A program made the translations under genes and the position numbers. The notes under the pieces were generated by a model that worked only from the letters and a program-made list of their open reading frames with translations, was not told where the DNA came from and searched no databases. From a bacterium (GTDB lineage Bacteria > Electryoneota > JAOADG01), in the NCBI GenBank assembly GCA_963681965.1, contig OY820579.1:4128001-4192000 (forward strand): DNA of 64,000 nucleotides, in the 5' to 3' direction. Shown one piece after another: positions 7,786 through 16,719 of this stretch (position 1 is the stretch's first letter; each line of letters opens with the position of its first letter).

Positions 7786-9762
7786 TCACTGTTGCCAGCT
7801 CTTCACAATCGGACCACTGAGATCGTGTAATCTTCGCTCAACTTCGGTTAGCGACATCCCCGGTTCAAGCGAACGAATCACCCGATCAGTGCTAAAGCCA
7901 TCGGAAATATAGGATCGCACTTGGTAGAGCAATGAAGTACTAAAACGAGCCGCACCCAGGTGCGTATACGACGTTGCCGCCGGACCGGTCGTGTATGCCA
8001 GAAACGCCCAGGAATCGGTCTGGAGGTTCTTGAAAAAGACCAGATAATTGGTAATCGTTACCGGTACGCCGTGAATCGAAGTATCGACACGCGCCCAGTT
8101 GAGTTGGATGTCGTTACTGACTCGCGTAATCGTCAAATTGCCCGGAGTCGCTGGAAAATACTTCGATGTCCCCGATACGGAGATTTTCAGGGTATCGACA
8201 TTGATGGCACTCGATACTAATCCGATCTGACCGGAATACTGCCCCGGTGTCGTCGGTGTAAAGTAAATCTTGACTGTAGCGGAATCGCCCCCATTGATAT
8301 TTGCAATATTCGGCGAAGTGAAAGGCAATCCGCTCGGAATTGTTACCCATTGACTATTCTGCAAAGGTCGATTCCCCTTCACCCGGATCAGTACCGACAA
8401 CGAATCGCGCAATGTCGGTTCGATGATCGTGTTATAGCTCAAGGTTGTTTGATTGGAATAGGCATAATAACCGATCCCCAATCCCGAGATCGGGATTGTC
8501 ATCGAGGTATACGGTGCTACAAACGAAATTCGCAGAGTATCGAGATAGCTCAGCGTACTATCCGGTCGGAACCTGACCCATATTCTTAGTGTATCGTTCG
8601 CAAATATCTGATATCCTGAATTGGTCGGGTAGTTCGTATACACCCCGGTGCTGGCACCAGTGATTGCTTGATACTGAAATGGAAGATTTCCCTGATTGTA
8701 GATCTTCACCAACACCGAATCAACTTGATGTGGACAAGTACCATTGAATGCGATTGGCGAGGGCGTACATCCGAGTGCGGGAATATCGCGAATCGTAAAA
8801 TTCGAATCGCTGATATCGTTGATTGTCGATGTCGTCACCGAGCTGATGCGAATTCTAGCAGCGGTAGTCGCTACTCCGGAAACGATCCACGGTTCACTGC
8901 CGTCGTTCGTAGTCGATGCGAACAGCGTCTCCCACGTGGTTCCCGGATAATTGCGATTCAATTCAATCATCACATTTCCGGAAAATCCGTTCGAAGCCCA
9001 GCGAATCGTATCGCTCAGCGTTAGATAGCAAATATTTCCGCCATTCGGTTTGACAACTGTGATCGATGCCGGATTGTAAGTATATAGCGATGTGATTTCG
9101 GCAGCGCTCAAGGTACGATTGTAGATTCGCACTTCATCCATCACACCCGCCCAGTGACGATCCAGCCAATAGTGCGATCCCAATACCAGATTTTGCGAGC
9201 CATCGTATAGCGCCGGTCCACTACAGGTATCGCTCGATACCAATGCACCATTCACATAGAACCGAACAACCGTATTGTTTTTCACTACCGTCAGATATTG
9301 CCAGACATTTGACTGAAGTTGCGCATAGATCAACGTCTGAGTATACGGATTGCTGTTGACATAAAACATCATATTGTTGTTTTCAATGCTATTCTGCTGA
9401 ATGACCCAGCCATTCGACCAAGAGTGATCGTTGTCGATAATATTGGCATATGCTGCCTGTTCCGCTGCCGGTTTCACCCACATACCAATTGAAAAATATT
9501 GTGCCGTCATCCATGAACCGAGTTCGATTTTGCTATCCAATCCATTAAACGAATAGGCACCGGATGGATTACCGAATCGGTCGGTGACCAGCGTACAATT
9601 CGAGGCTGTTCCATTGTGATGATTGGCGGCAGAATCGTTGGCATTGCCATTCATCGGATAATAGGCAACCAGCCCGCTAGTCGGTTGAGCAAAGAGCGGC
9701 CAGACTAGAAATAGCAACACTAGTATACCGATTGTGAAAATTTGAACGATTGGTTTTGACAT
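7786..9762 (-). CDS. Secreted surface protein: LamG/concanavalin-like domain, PNGG Ig-like module, two ASH-like Ig domains, C-terminal FN3-like domain
   Basis: Signal peptide; GLVAYYPMNGNAND...DRFGN...MDEVRIYNRTLS (LamG); KPNGG...SDSNFTI module. Start set at ATG 9762 from a GAGG RBS. Confidence 0.8.
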   Translation of the reverse strand: MSKPIVQIFTIGILVLLFLVWPLFAQPTSGLVAYYPMNGNANDSAANHHNGTASNCTLVTDRFGNPSGAYSFNGLDSKIELGSWMTAQYFSIGMWVKPAAEQAAYANIIDNDHSWSNGWVIQQNSIENNNMMFYVNSNPYTQTLIYAQLQSNVWQYLTVVKNNTVVRFYVNGALVSSDTCSGPALYDGSQNLVLGSHYWLDRHWAGVMDEVRIYNRTLSAAEITSLYTYNPASITVVKPNGGNICYLTLSDTIRWASNGFSGNVMIELNRNYPGTTWETLFASTTNDGSEPWIVSGVATTAARIRISSVTTSTINDISDSNFTIRDIPALGCTPSPIAFNGTCPHQVDSVLVKIYNQGNLPFQYQAITGASTGVYTNYPTNSGYQIFANDTLRIWVRFRPDSTLSYLDTLRISFVAPYTSMTIPISGLGIGYYAYSNQTTLSYNTIIEPTLRDSLSVLIRVKGNRPLQNSQWVTIPSGLPFTSPNIANINGGDSATVKIYFTPTTPGQYSGQIGLVSSAINVDTLKISVSGTSKYFPATPGNLTITRVSNDIQLNWARVDTSIHGVPVTITNYLVFFKNLQTDSWAFLAYTTGPAATSYTHLGAARFSTSLLYQVRSYISDGFSTDRVIRSLEPGMSLTEVERRLHDLSGPIVKSWQQ

Positions 9763-9910
9763 GATATCCCTCATTGTGAATTGGCGAGTCATTCGAACAA
9801 CAACAAAATGGAAACATGTACAACAGGATCGGGAATTCAGAACTAGCGAGCACTTCGATTAAGTCGATATTGAAATTTTTGAGGCTCTTGATAATATGTT
9901 GCTATCCGCA

Positions 9911-10019
9911 GTAGGGTCGGATCCCCGCATTCAACCGCCAATATTCGCGGGTACAGACACCCTTTTCGGTACATGTCCGTCGTAAGGCGAACACCGAACA
10001 TGACAACTTCTTTTCAAGA
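9911..10019. repeat. Degenerate REP-like hairpin plus a degenerate copy of a ~70-bp composite element
   Basis: GTAGGGTCGGATCCCCGCATTCAACC at 9911; 9950-10019 aligns with 44108-44181. Confidence 0.75.
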
Positions 10020-10222
10020 GATTTAAGTATCAAAGGAATATTACATTGGAATTGGTTTAAGATAAGTTTACGGAACAGAAGTTTCAATCAAATATCGGAT
10101 AATTGGGATATTTTTGATGTCACTTGATCGGGATTTTACATCACTTAGGGATCGATTTCGGTGCTGTGTTCAGTAAAAACAATGAGTACCGTTAGCCGGG
10201 ATCGGTCGGTAGCGATTGGGAG

Positions 10223-13144
10223 TTATTCGCTGCGGTTTTGCTGCTGATATTTATAGTCTTTATTGTCCTCTTTGTAATAACCGGGGTAGAGTTTTTTCAT
10301 ACACTCGGGACAAATGCTATGAGAAAATTGCGCATCCGACCGCTCGGTGATATAGTGTTCGACTTGCAACCAATATCCTTTGTCGTCGCGAACGTGCTTG
10401 CAATTCGCGCAGATCGGAATTAGACCACTCAATACTTTGACATTTTCCAAAGCATCGGATAACTCTTTCGTGCGCGTCGCCACCCGCTCTTCCAACTTCG
10501 CATTGGCGCGTTTGACGGCTAGCAATCGAACAGTATAGATCAATACAATCACACCAATCACTATGACCGCTACCATCAATTTGAAGAGCATCGTTTCGTG
10601 ATAATATGCCGGCACGTTGATCGTGATGGTTTTCTTGAGATCCTGCTTCTTACCAAAAATATTGGTAGCTTTCAATTGAAAGGTATAGGTTCCCGGTGGA
10701 ATCTGATGGATGTTGACTTCATTCACCTTGGTCAGAAGCGAAAAACTGTCGCTCAATCCATCCAATTTCCACGAATAGCGATTGTTATGCTCGCTTACGA
10801 AATCCAACGATGCATAACGGATCTTAAGCGACCGTTGACCCCGCGGCAAATCGATCGAGGAGTGAATCGGATGCGAAGTATTGTTCGACCAAATCCCCGT
10901 TACCGCTACCGGTTTAGTATTGGTTCCAGAATTCCACAGTGTATTTAAATCGATAATGACGATATTGTTCGATTGGAGTAGTAAATAGCGATCGGGATCG
11001 ATTTCAATGATCCGTTTTACATTGTCTTCATCGAGACCGAATTGTCGATCGATCATATAATTCGACGTGGAATTGGCAAACAGTAACCCTTCCGATGTAG
11101 CATACAAGCGGTTTCCGTGCCGATCGAAAAATAGATCCTGATAACTGCATTTCTGATCCGATAACTCTTCCGGTCGCGAGATTCCGGAGCGATCGATTTT
11201 AACCACCCCTTCGCTTGCCAGAAAATAGAGATTACCCGATCCATCGGCGACGCACCGACTGATCGCACCGACATTGCCAACTTTCTTTAAGTCGCAATCG
11301 GTCAGTGAATCACCTTCCAATCGCATGAGCGATCCGGTGAAGGTGCCAAGATAGTAGCGCGAATCGAATGCATACCCGCCACACATCGCGATGTTGTCGC
11401 GCAACCGGTTCGCTATCGGCAGGTAGAGCAAAGTGTGATCGAAATCCCGCATATCCCATTGCACAAAATCTGCCGTACCGTAGCGATATAAATTATGATC
11501 TACCAAGCGGTAGCTGTGATTCCAATTGCCGAAAAAAGTTGTATTGTCGGGACCGGTGTAGGCGAAGTTGCAATACAACATCGCTTTTTCCCAATCCTTA
11601 TTGTAGATCAGTTTATCGCCCGTCCATTGGCAAATAAACCAACCGCAGTTAATCCACAACTTACCACTGCGATCCAATGAGAATACCGCTTTCTCACCGC
11701 CGGTATAAATATGACTCGCGAGTATTTTTACATTATTGTCGTGAATCAGGAACAGCGAAGAATCGGATAGCAGTACGATATCCTGATTTTTATCCAGCGC
11801 CAGACCTCGAATAATTTCTTCGCTGTTCAGTCGGATCGGTAGATCTGTCAGTTTCCCGCGGGAATAGCGGACCAATTTATTTTCGCAGGCGATATAGACG
11901 TCGCCATTGCGGTGTTTCACCGCTTCGACGGTTTCCTTAATAGCAGGAATTGTTTGCCGATTGTATTTCCTGATGCTGCTCGTGACCAGTTTTTGCAGAA
12001 TGCCTTCTTTGGTAGTAATCCAATAGATTCCCTGATCGTCGCGAAGACAATTGATTACGTCGTCGGAAACTAAACCGGTTGCTGCCGAGAACCGCAGCGT
12101 ATCGTTCGTGCGCAGAATCGTCAGACCATCGTTGTTGCCGACAACCTGCTCGGTTCCGAATAATTGAAAAAATGTCGTGGGTTTATCGAATGGGTCGACC
12201 GGTTTACATTTATGTAGCTCGTCGCCGATGATTTGGTAAACACCGTCGCGAGCATGGACCCATACATTTCCTTGATTATCGCGCAGGATTTTGTTAATGA
12301 ACCACCCCTTGGAATAAGCAGGTGCGATCCAAAATTTACTATTGGCAAGAAAGAAACTCTTACTGCGATCATTCGAATTAAATGTAAAACAGGTCGAATC
12401 GATCGTTTGTGCCGAATGATATACAAAACCGAGATGTATTCCGGGATATTTTTTTTGAAATTCCGCTTCCGGTAATCCTTCAAAATCTTTTAATAACGCT
12501 TTATCTTTCAGCTCCCACAGCGCCAGCAGCGTACTCAGTTTTACCCGATAAATTCCATCCATTTCGGATGCCAGCCAAAACGTCTCGGAAGTAGGATCGT
12601 AGGTAAAGTCGACCAGATAATTCGTCTGAAGATAAGTAGTATTGAAATTCCGCCAGATCCAAGCATAGAAGCCTTCGCCACGCTTCATGATCAGACCGGC
12701 AGATGTCGCGTAAAACGACATCCCCTTGATAAATTGCACATTCTTCACAACCAGATTGTGCAATGTCGGATCAACAGTGATTTTTCCAGTCTCCGGATCG
12801 TACACTGAAATCCCACTCCAGCTACAAATCCAGAGCTTACCATCAGGGGCTTCCACTATTTTGTAAGTATGGTTGTTCGAGAGCCCATCGCTCACGGAGA
12901 ATCGTTGGAATTCGTAACCGTCGTAACGCACAATTCCGCGCGATCCGGCAAACCAAAGGAAACCCCGGCTGTCTTGCATACTACCATTCACTTCGCCAAT
13001 ATCCGGGAAGTGGACATCGTCGTAAGTGTAGAACGCGTATTGTTGGGCTTGTGAACAGTGGGGAGAGAACAAAACCGCCAGACTGAGAATCAGTATGGAG
13101 AGCAGAGGAATTCGATTAATTACCGATCTCAAGTAATCGTTCAT
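10223..13144 (-). CDS. Membrane sensor: two-component-regulator beta-propellers, Y_Y_Y domain, TM helix, coiled coil and C-terminal CxxC...HxxCxxC module
   Basis: QDSRGFLWF...GIVRYDG...DGLSNN propeller repeats; YSWKLDG...PPGTYTFQLKA; TM; LEERVATRTKEL; LIPICANCKHVRDDKGYW...FSHSICPEC. Start uncertain (ATG 13144 gives a signal-like N-terminus). Confidence 0.82.
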   Translation of the reverse strand: MNDYLRSVINRIPLLSILILSLAVLFSPHCSQAQQYAFYTYDDVHFPDIGEVNGSMQDSRGFLWFAGSRGIVRYDGYEFQRFSVSDGLSNNHTYKIVEAPDGKLWICSWSGISVYDPETGKITVDPTLHNLVVKNVQFIKGMSFYATSAGLIMKRGEGFYAWIWRNFNTTYLQTNYLVDFTYDPTSETFWLASEMDGIYRVKLSTLLALWELKDKALLKDFEGLPEAEFQKKYPGIHLGFVYHSAQTIDSTCFTFNSNDRSKSFFLANSKFWIAPAYSKGWFINKILRDNQGNVWVHARDGVYQIIGDELHKCKPVDPFDKPTTFFQLFGTEQVVGNNDGLTILRTNDTLRFSAATGLVSDDVINCLRDDQGIYWITTKEGILQKLVTSSIRKYNRQTIPAIKETVEAVKHRNGDVYIACENKLVRYSRGKLTDLPIRLNSEEIIRGLALDKNQDIVLLSDSSLFLIHDNNVKILASHIYTGGEKAVFSLDRSGKLWINCGWFICQWTGDKLIYNKDWEKAMLYCNFAYTGPDNTTFFGNWNHSYRLVDHNLYRYGTADFVQWDMRDFDHTLLYLPIANRLRDNIAMCGGYAFDSRYYLGTFTGSLMRLEGDSLTDCDLKKVGNVGAISRCVADGSGNLYFLASEGVVKIDRSGISRPEELSDQKCSYQDLFFDRHGNRLYATSEGLLFANSTSNYMIDRQFGLDEDNVKRIIEIDPDRYLLLQSNNIVIIDLNTLWNSGTNTKPVAVTGIWSNNTSHPIHSSIDLPRGQRSLKIRYASLDFVSEHNNRYSWKLDGLSDSFSLLTKVNEVNIHQIPPGTYTFQLKATNIFGKKQDLKKTITINVPAYYHETMLFKLMVAVIVIGVIVLIYTVRLLAVKRANAKLEERVATRTKELSDALENVKVLSGLIPICANCKHVRDDKGYWLQVEHYITERSDAQFSHSICPECMKKLYPGYYKEDNKDYKYQQQNRSE

Positions 13145-13461
13145 CACTATTCGAAAGTTAGTTGTACCGAGCTGGCACTGTTCTTTTATATCGGCACTTT
13201 CCTGTAAATCATTATCAACTAAGTTGAGACGTATTGGTCTTGGCTGAAACCCCAAACATGACTGAGAAAACACTCTTTCAGTCTAATTATCAATATCGTA
13301 TCGTTGATTTCGGCAAGCAAATCGGAATTATGTCTATTACCAACTTCAGTACTATCGAAATCCGAACCTGTAACACGGTTATAATCTCGATTCTGGGCTA
13401 TTCGCCGAATCTCAGCATAACCCTATTCTAGCGAAAAAATCACAATTTATCTCATTTCCTA

Positions 13462-13490
13462 TTGATTATCCCCCCACTCCGGTGTATCCT
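13462..13490 (+). promoter_or_regulatory. Putative sigma70 promoter of the catabolic cluster
   Basis: TTGATT-N17-TATCCT about 50 bp upstream of AAGGAG-N5-ATG 13542. Confidence 0.4.
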
Positions 13491-13541
13491 GTATGTTACA
13501 TTCAATTTTCAGTGCAATTTAAAAAAAATTAAGGAGAATCC

Positions 13542-14288
13542 ATGGCGATAGATCTGGAAAAAATCCTACGACCAGTCGATACGCCCCTGCCACCTTTTCC
13601 GGCGAAATACATGACGCTTGCCGGTGGCGAGCAATTAGTAATCCGTCAAGTCTCCCGCGATGAAATTCCCGAGATTCTACCCCATGTCGAACCGCTGATC
13701 CATGTCGAGCGCGACTATTACGACATCGTTGCAGCACGGGTCTATGCCGAACTGCTGAGTTACTACACCTACCGGGTGCAGGATGAGTACGTTTTGGCGG
13801 CGCAGATCGATGGCGAGTTGGTCGCAGTGGTCAACGGTCGGATCGTGAACAAAGATGTCGGCATGTCCTTCCATACCCTTGCACTCCGGCGCGGTTTGCG
13901 CGTAGGCGCTCACGCCTTTGCGGCGAAGATGGAATATCACATCGATGTGCTTGGGCAAAAGGAAGTACTGATTGTTGCCGAATCGCCGATCGGTTTCCGG
14001 CGCTGGATGATCGAATATAAGTTGGAAAAACGCTTTGAAATTCCTCACGAATTGGGCGGTTGTCCATCGTGGGCACTCACCAAAGAGCTGTTCGATAAAG
14101 CGCGCGACAGTTTGATTGTCGGTCGTCGACCGGTCCCGGAAGCGTTGCTGGTGAAAGCGCATGCCGCCATCCTGCCGCCGACCGATCCACCGCGACCTCC
14201 GGTCGACCTGCTCGCCGCAACGCGCTCACTCTACGATTCCACCGGAACTGCGCTGCTCGAGCAGCGAAAACATCTGGGAGGAAACTAA
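13542..14288 (+). CDS. Hypothetical protein, possibly GNAT-fold
   Basis: Strong RBS; stop 1 bp before the thiolase-like start. The pattern LVIRQV...VLAAQIDGELVAVV...LRRGLRVG...EVLIV resembles GNAT topology (inference). Confidence 0.7.
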   Translation: MAIDLEKILRPVDTPLPPFPAKYMTLAGGEQLVIRQVSRDEIPEILPHVEPLIHVERDYYDIVAARVYAELLSYYTYRVQDEYVLAAQIDGELVAVVNGRIVNKDVGMSFHTLALRRGLRVGAHAFAAKMEYHIDVLGQKEVLIVAESPIGFRRWMIEYKLEKRFEIPHELGGCPSWALTKELFDKARDSLIVGRRPVPEALLVKAHAAILPPTDPPRPPVDLLAATRSLYDSTGTALLEQRKHLGGN

Positions 14289-14289
14289 T

Positions 14290-15465
14290 ATGCGCGATGT
14301 CTATGTAGCGGGAATCGGCATTACCAGTTTCACCCGGCTCGAGTATCCGTTGGTGGAAATTGCCGCCTATCCCGGATTGATGGCGATGAAAGAGAGCGGT
14401 ATCAAATCGATCGACCAACTCTATGTCGCCAACATGGGTGCTGCCCGGGTCAATCACCAGACCAGTCTTGCCAGTGCCGTCGTCGACAATCTGAGTTTGA
14501 CACCCGCCGGTGCAGTATCGGTTGAAAATGGTCCGGCATCCGGCGCTTCGGCAATCATGCAGGGTTTTCTCGCCGTCGCTTCGGGTGTGTACGATACCGT
14601 TATGGTCATCGGCGCCGAACGGATGCGCGAAGTGAACAATCTGGAAGCCACCGACTTCGTCGCGACACTCACTCACCCGATGGCGGAATACATCTACGGA
14701 ATCACACTCCCGTCGCTGGCGGGCATGTTCGCCCGGTTGTATATGGAAAAATACGGCGTTACCTCGCGACATCTCGCGATGGTCGCAGTAAAGAATCACA
14801 AACATGCGATGGACAATTTCTTTGCGCATCTGCACGAAGAGATAACGCTCGAAGGGATCCTCGATTCCCCAGACGCATCGACCAACAACCCGATCGTAGC
14901 CGACCCGTTGCGGTATTACGATATGTGCCCGGTATCCGATGGCGGTGCGTGCTTGATCTTGACTTCTGCCGATATCGCAAAGAAGACCGGCAAACCGATT
15001 GTGCGCCTCGCGGGTATCGGTCAGGCTACCGACACTCATGCCGTACACGACCGGAAGGATCCGACCGATCTGTTGGCGGTGCGGTTGGCAGCGCAAAAAT
15101 CGTTTGCAATGGCACAATTGACGCCGAAAGATGTCCATGTCGCCGAACTCCACGACGCATTCACGATTCTGGAAATTGCCGAAAGTGAAGAAGTCGGTTT
15201 CTTCGAACGCGGTCAGGGTCATATTGCGTTGCAGGAAGGATACACCAAAATCGGTGGTAAACTACCGATCAATCCATCCGGCGGTCTGAAGGCGAAGGGT
15301 CACCCGGTCGGCGCAACCGGCGTCGGACAGGCACACGAGATCGTGTTGCAGTTACGCGGCGAAGCCGCAAAACGGCAAGTGAAAGGGGCGAAAGTCGGTT
15401 TCACCTGCAATTTCGGCGGGTTCGGCAATAACGTCGTCTGTTTGACTTTTGTGCGGGAGGAGTGA
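14290..15465 (+). CDS. Thiolase-superfamily protein (SCP2/archaeal type) lacking the canonical nucleophilic Cys
   Basis: DMCPVSDGGA, ELHDAF, NPSGGLKAKGHPVGATG. VENGPASG replaces the usual VENACASG. Start ATG 14290 after GGGAGG. Confidence 0.9.
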   Translation: MRDVYVAGIGITSFTRLEYPLVEIAAYPGLMAMKESGIKSIDQLYVANMGAARVNHQTSLASAVVDNLSLTPAGAVSVENGPASGASAIMQGFLAVASGVYDTVMVIGAERMREVNNLEATDFVATLTHPMAEYIYGITLPSLAGMFARLYMEKYGVTSRHLAMVAVKNHKHAMDNFFAHLHEEITLEGILDSPDASTNNPIVADPLRYYDMCPVSDGGACLILTSADIAKKTGKPIVRLAGIGQATDTHAVHDRKDPTDLLAVRLAAQKSFAMAQLTPKDVHVAELHDAFTILEIAESEEVGFFERGQGHIALQEGYTKIGGKLPINPSGGLKAKGHPVGATGVGQAHEIVLQLRGEAAKRQVKGAKVGFTCNFGGFGNNVVCLTFVREE

Positions 15466-15815
15466 TCGTGGAAATGAATATTTATGCCTACAAGTGCAAG
15501 CGCTGCGGTCACGTGCAATACCCTTACCGTACGATCTGCCGCAATTGTCACGAAAACGACCACAACGAATTCGATATCGTACCGTTGCCGAAGTCCGGGA
15601 AGTTGGTGACCTACACGCATCTATACAATCCCCCTTCGGACTATGCGATTGTCTGCCTGACACTGGGCATCGTCGAACTCGAAGATGGCAACAAAATCAC
15701 TGGACAACTCAACATCAAAAATCCGCGAACCGGAATGCCGGTGACCGGAAAAGTGGAAGTGGTCCGCAAAGACGAATACAACAAATATTACGGGATGGTT
15801 TTCTACGAAGCCTGA
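15462..15815 (+). CDS. DUF35-type Zn-ribbon/OB-fold protein (thiolase partner)
   Basis: CKRCG...YP.R.ICRNC, GKLVTYT, LGIVELEDG. Abuts or overlaps the thiolase stop (start may be 15468 or 15474). Confidence 0.92.
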   Translation: MIVEMNIYAYKCKRCGHVQYPYRTICRNCHENDHNEFDIVPLPKSGKLVTYTHLYNPPSDYAIVCLTLGIVELEDGNKITGQLNIKNPRTGMPVTGKVEVVRKDEYNKYYGMVFYEA

Positions 15816-15879
15816 TCCCGACATACCGGATCAAGTAGCAATTCGCTCCCCGTTATCGAATGCGACCGACGGGGAGCAG

Positions 15880-16719
15880 TTGCCACAATTGCGAAGCTAC
15901 GGCGACGCGATTCGACGCGGTCACTTTCGCGTACACAGCCGGTTTGAGCATGTCGTCAATTTTCTCGATGGTGAGAATCTGGTATCGATTGTCGATCACT
16001 CTGTCGGTGCAGGTCCGACATCGATCATTCTCGATCGATTTACTCCAACCGAATGGTCTGCGCTGGCGATTTACTCCAATCGAATGCTACTCGATCGAAT
16101 GCGAATCGATCTCAACCCGGCGAATCAATATCAATCGCGAATCGCTTTTCCTCAGACGATCGAACAAATTCTGGTGATCGACAATATCGCTTCCCTGCAT
16201 GAACTTGTCGTGAGGCAAGCAACACCGGATAATTTGGCATTCCTGCTTTCCGACGATGAGGATATCGGAACCGATTTATCCTTCAAGGCGCAACTAAGAA
16301 CTCGGTTTTTTACCGCCAAAGCTCAGTTGGCAGCCGGGCAAATCGAAGCGGGCATCTCGCTCATCAAGGGCGTTGGTGTCGGATTGACACCGAGTGGCGA
16401 CGACTTTATCGCCGGAGCGATGGTCGCATTGCATTTACGGCAGCACTTATTTCCGATATCATTAACACAATTGATCGATCAAATTTATCAACGGTCGCAT
16501 TCGACCAATCCGATTGTAGCCACCATGCTGCGACAGGCACACGACGGTCGCGTGAATGAAAAATGGCAGCGTCTGATTACGGCGTTGACCGGTAATGAAC
16601 TGGATCGAATCAAACCACTCGCGCTAGACGTGCTTGCGACCGGCGCTACGTCCGGCGTCGATATGATGGTAGGTTTTCTCTTTGGCTTGACCAATTTCCG
16701 GTGTACACATGACAACTAA
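15880..16719 (+). CDS. DUF2877 family protein (YahE/YlbF-like)
   Basis: VHSRF..VVN, G.G.GLTPSGDDF..G, GATSG.D..G. Start uncertain. Confidence 0.88.
   Translation: MPQLRSYGDAIRRGHFRVHSRFEHVVNFLDGENLVSIVDHSVGAGPTSIILDRFTPTEWSALAIYSNRMLLDRMRIDLNPANQYQSRIAFPQTIEQILVIDNIASLHELVVRQATPDNLAFLLSDDEDIGTDLSFKAQLRTRFFTAKAQLAAGQIEAGISLIKGVGVGLTPSGDDFIAGAMVALHLRQHLFPISLTQLIDQIYQRSHSTNPIVATMLRQAHDGRVNEKWQRLITALTGNELDRIKPLALDVLATGATSGVDMMVGFLFGLTNFRCTHDN

Noticed and set aside
14077-15222. 381-aa antisense ORF
   Set aside because: Mirror of the thiolase-like gene caused by codon bias; no recognisable family.
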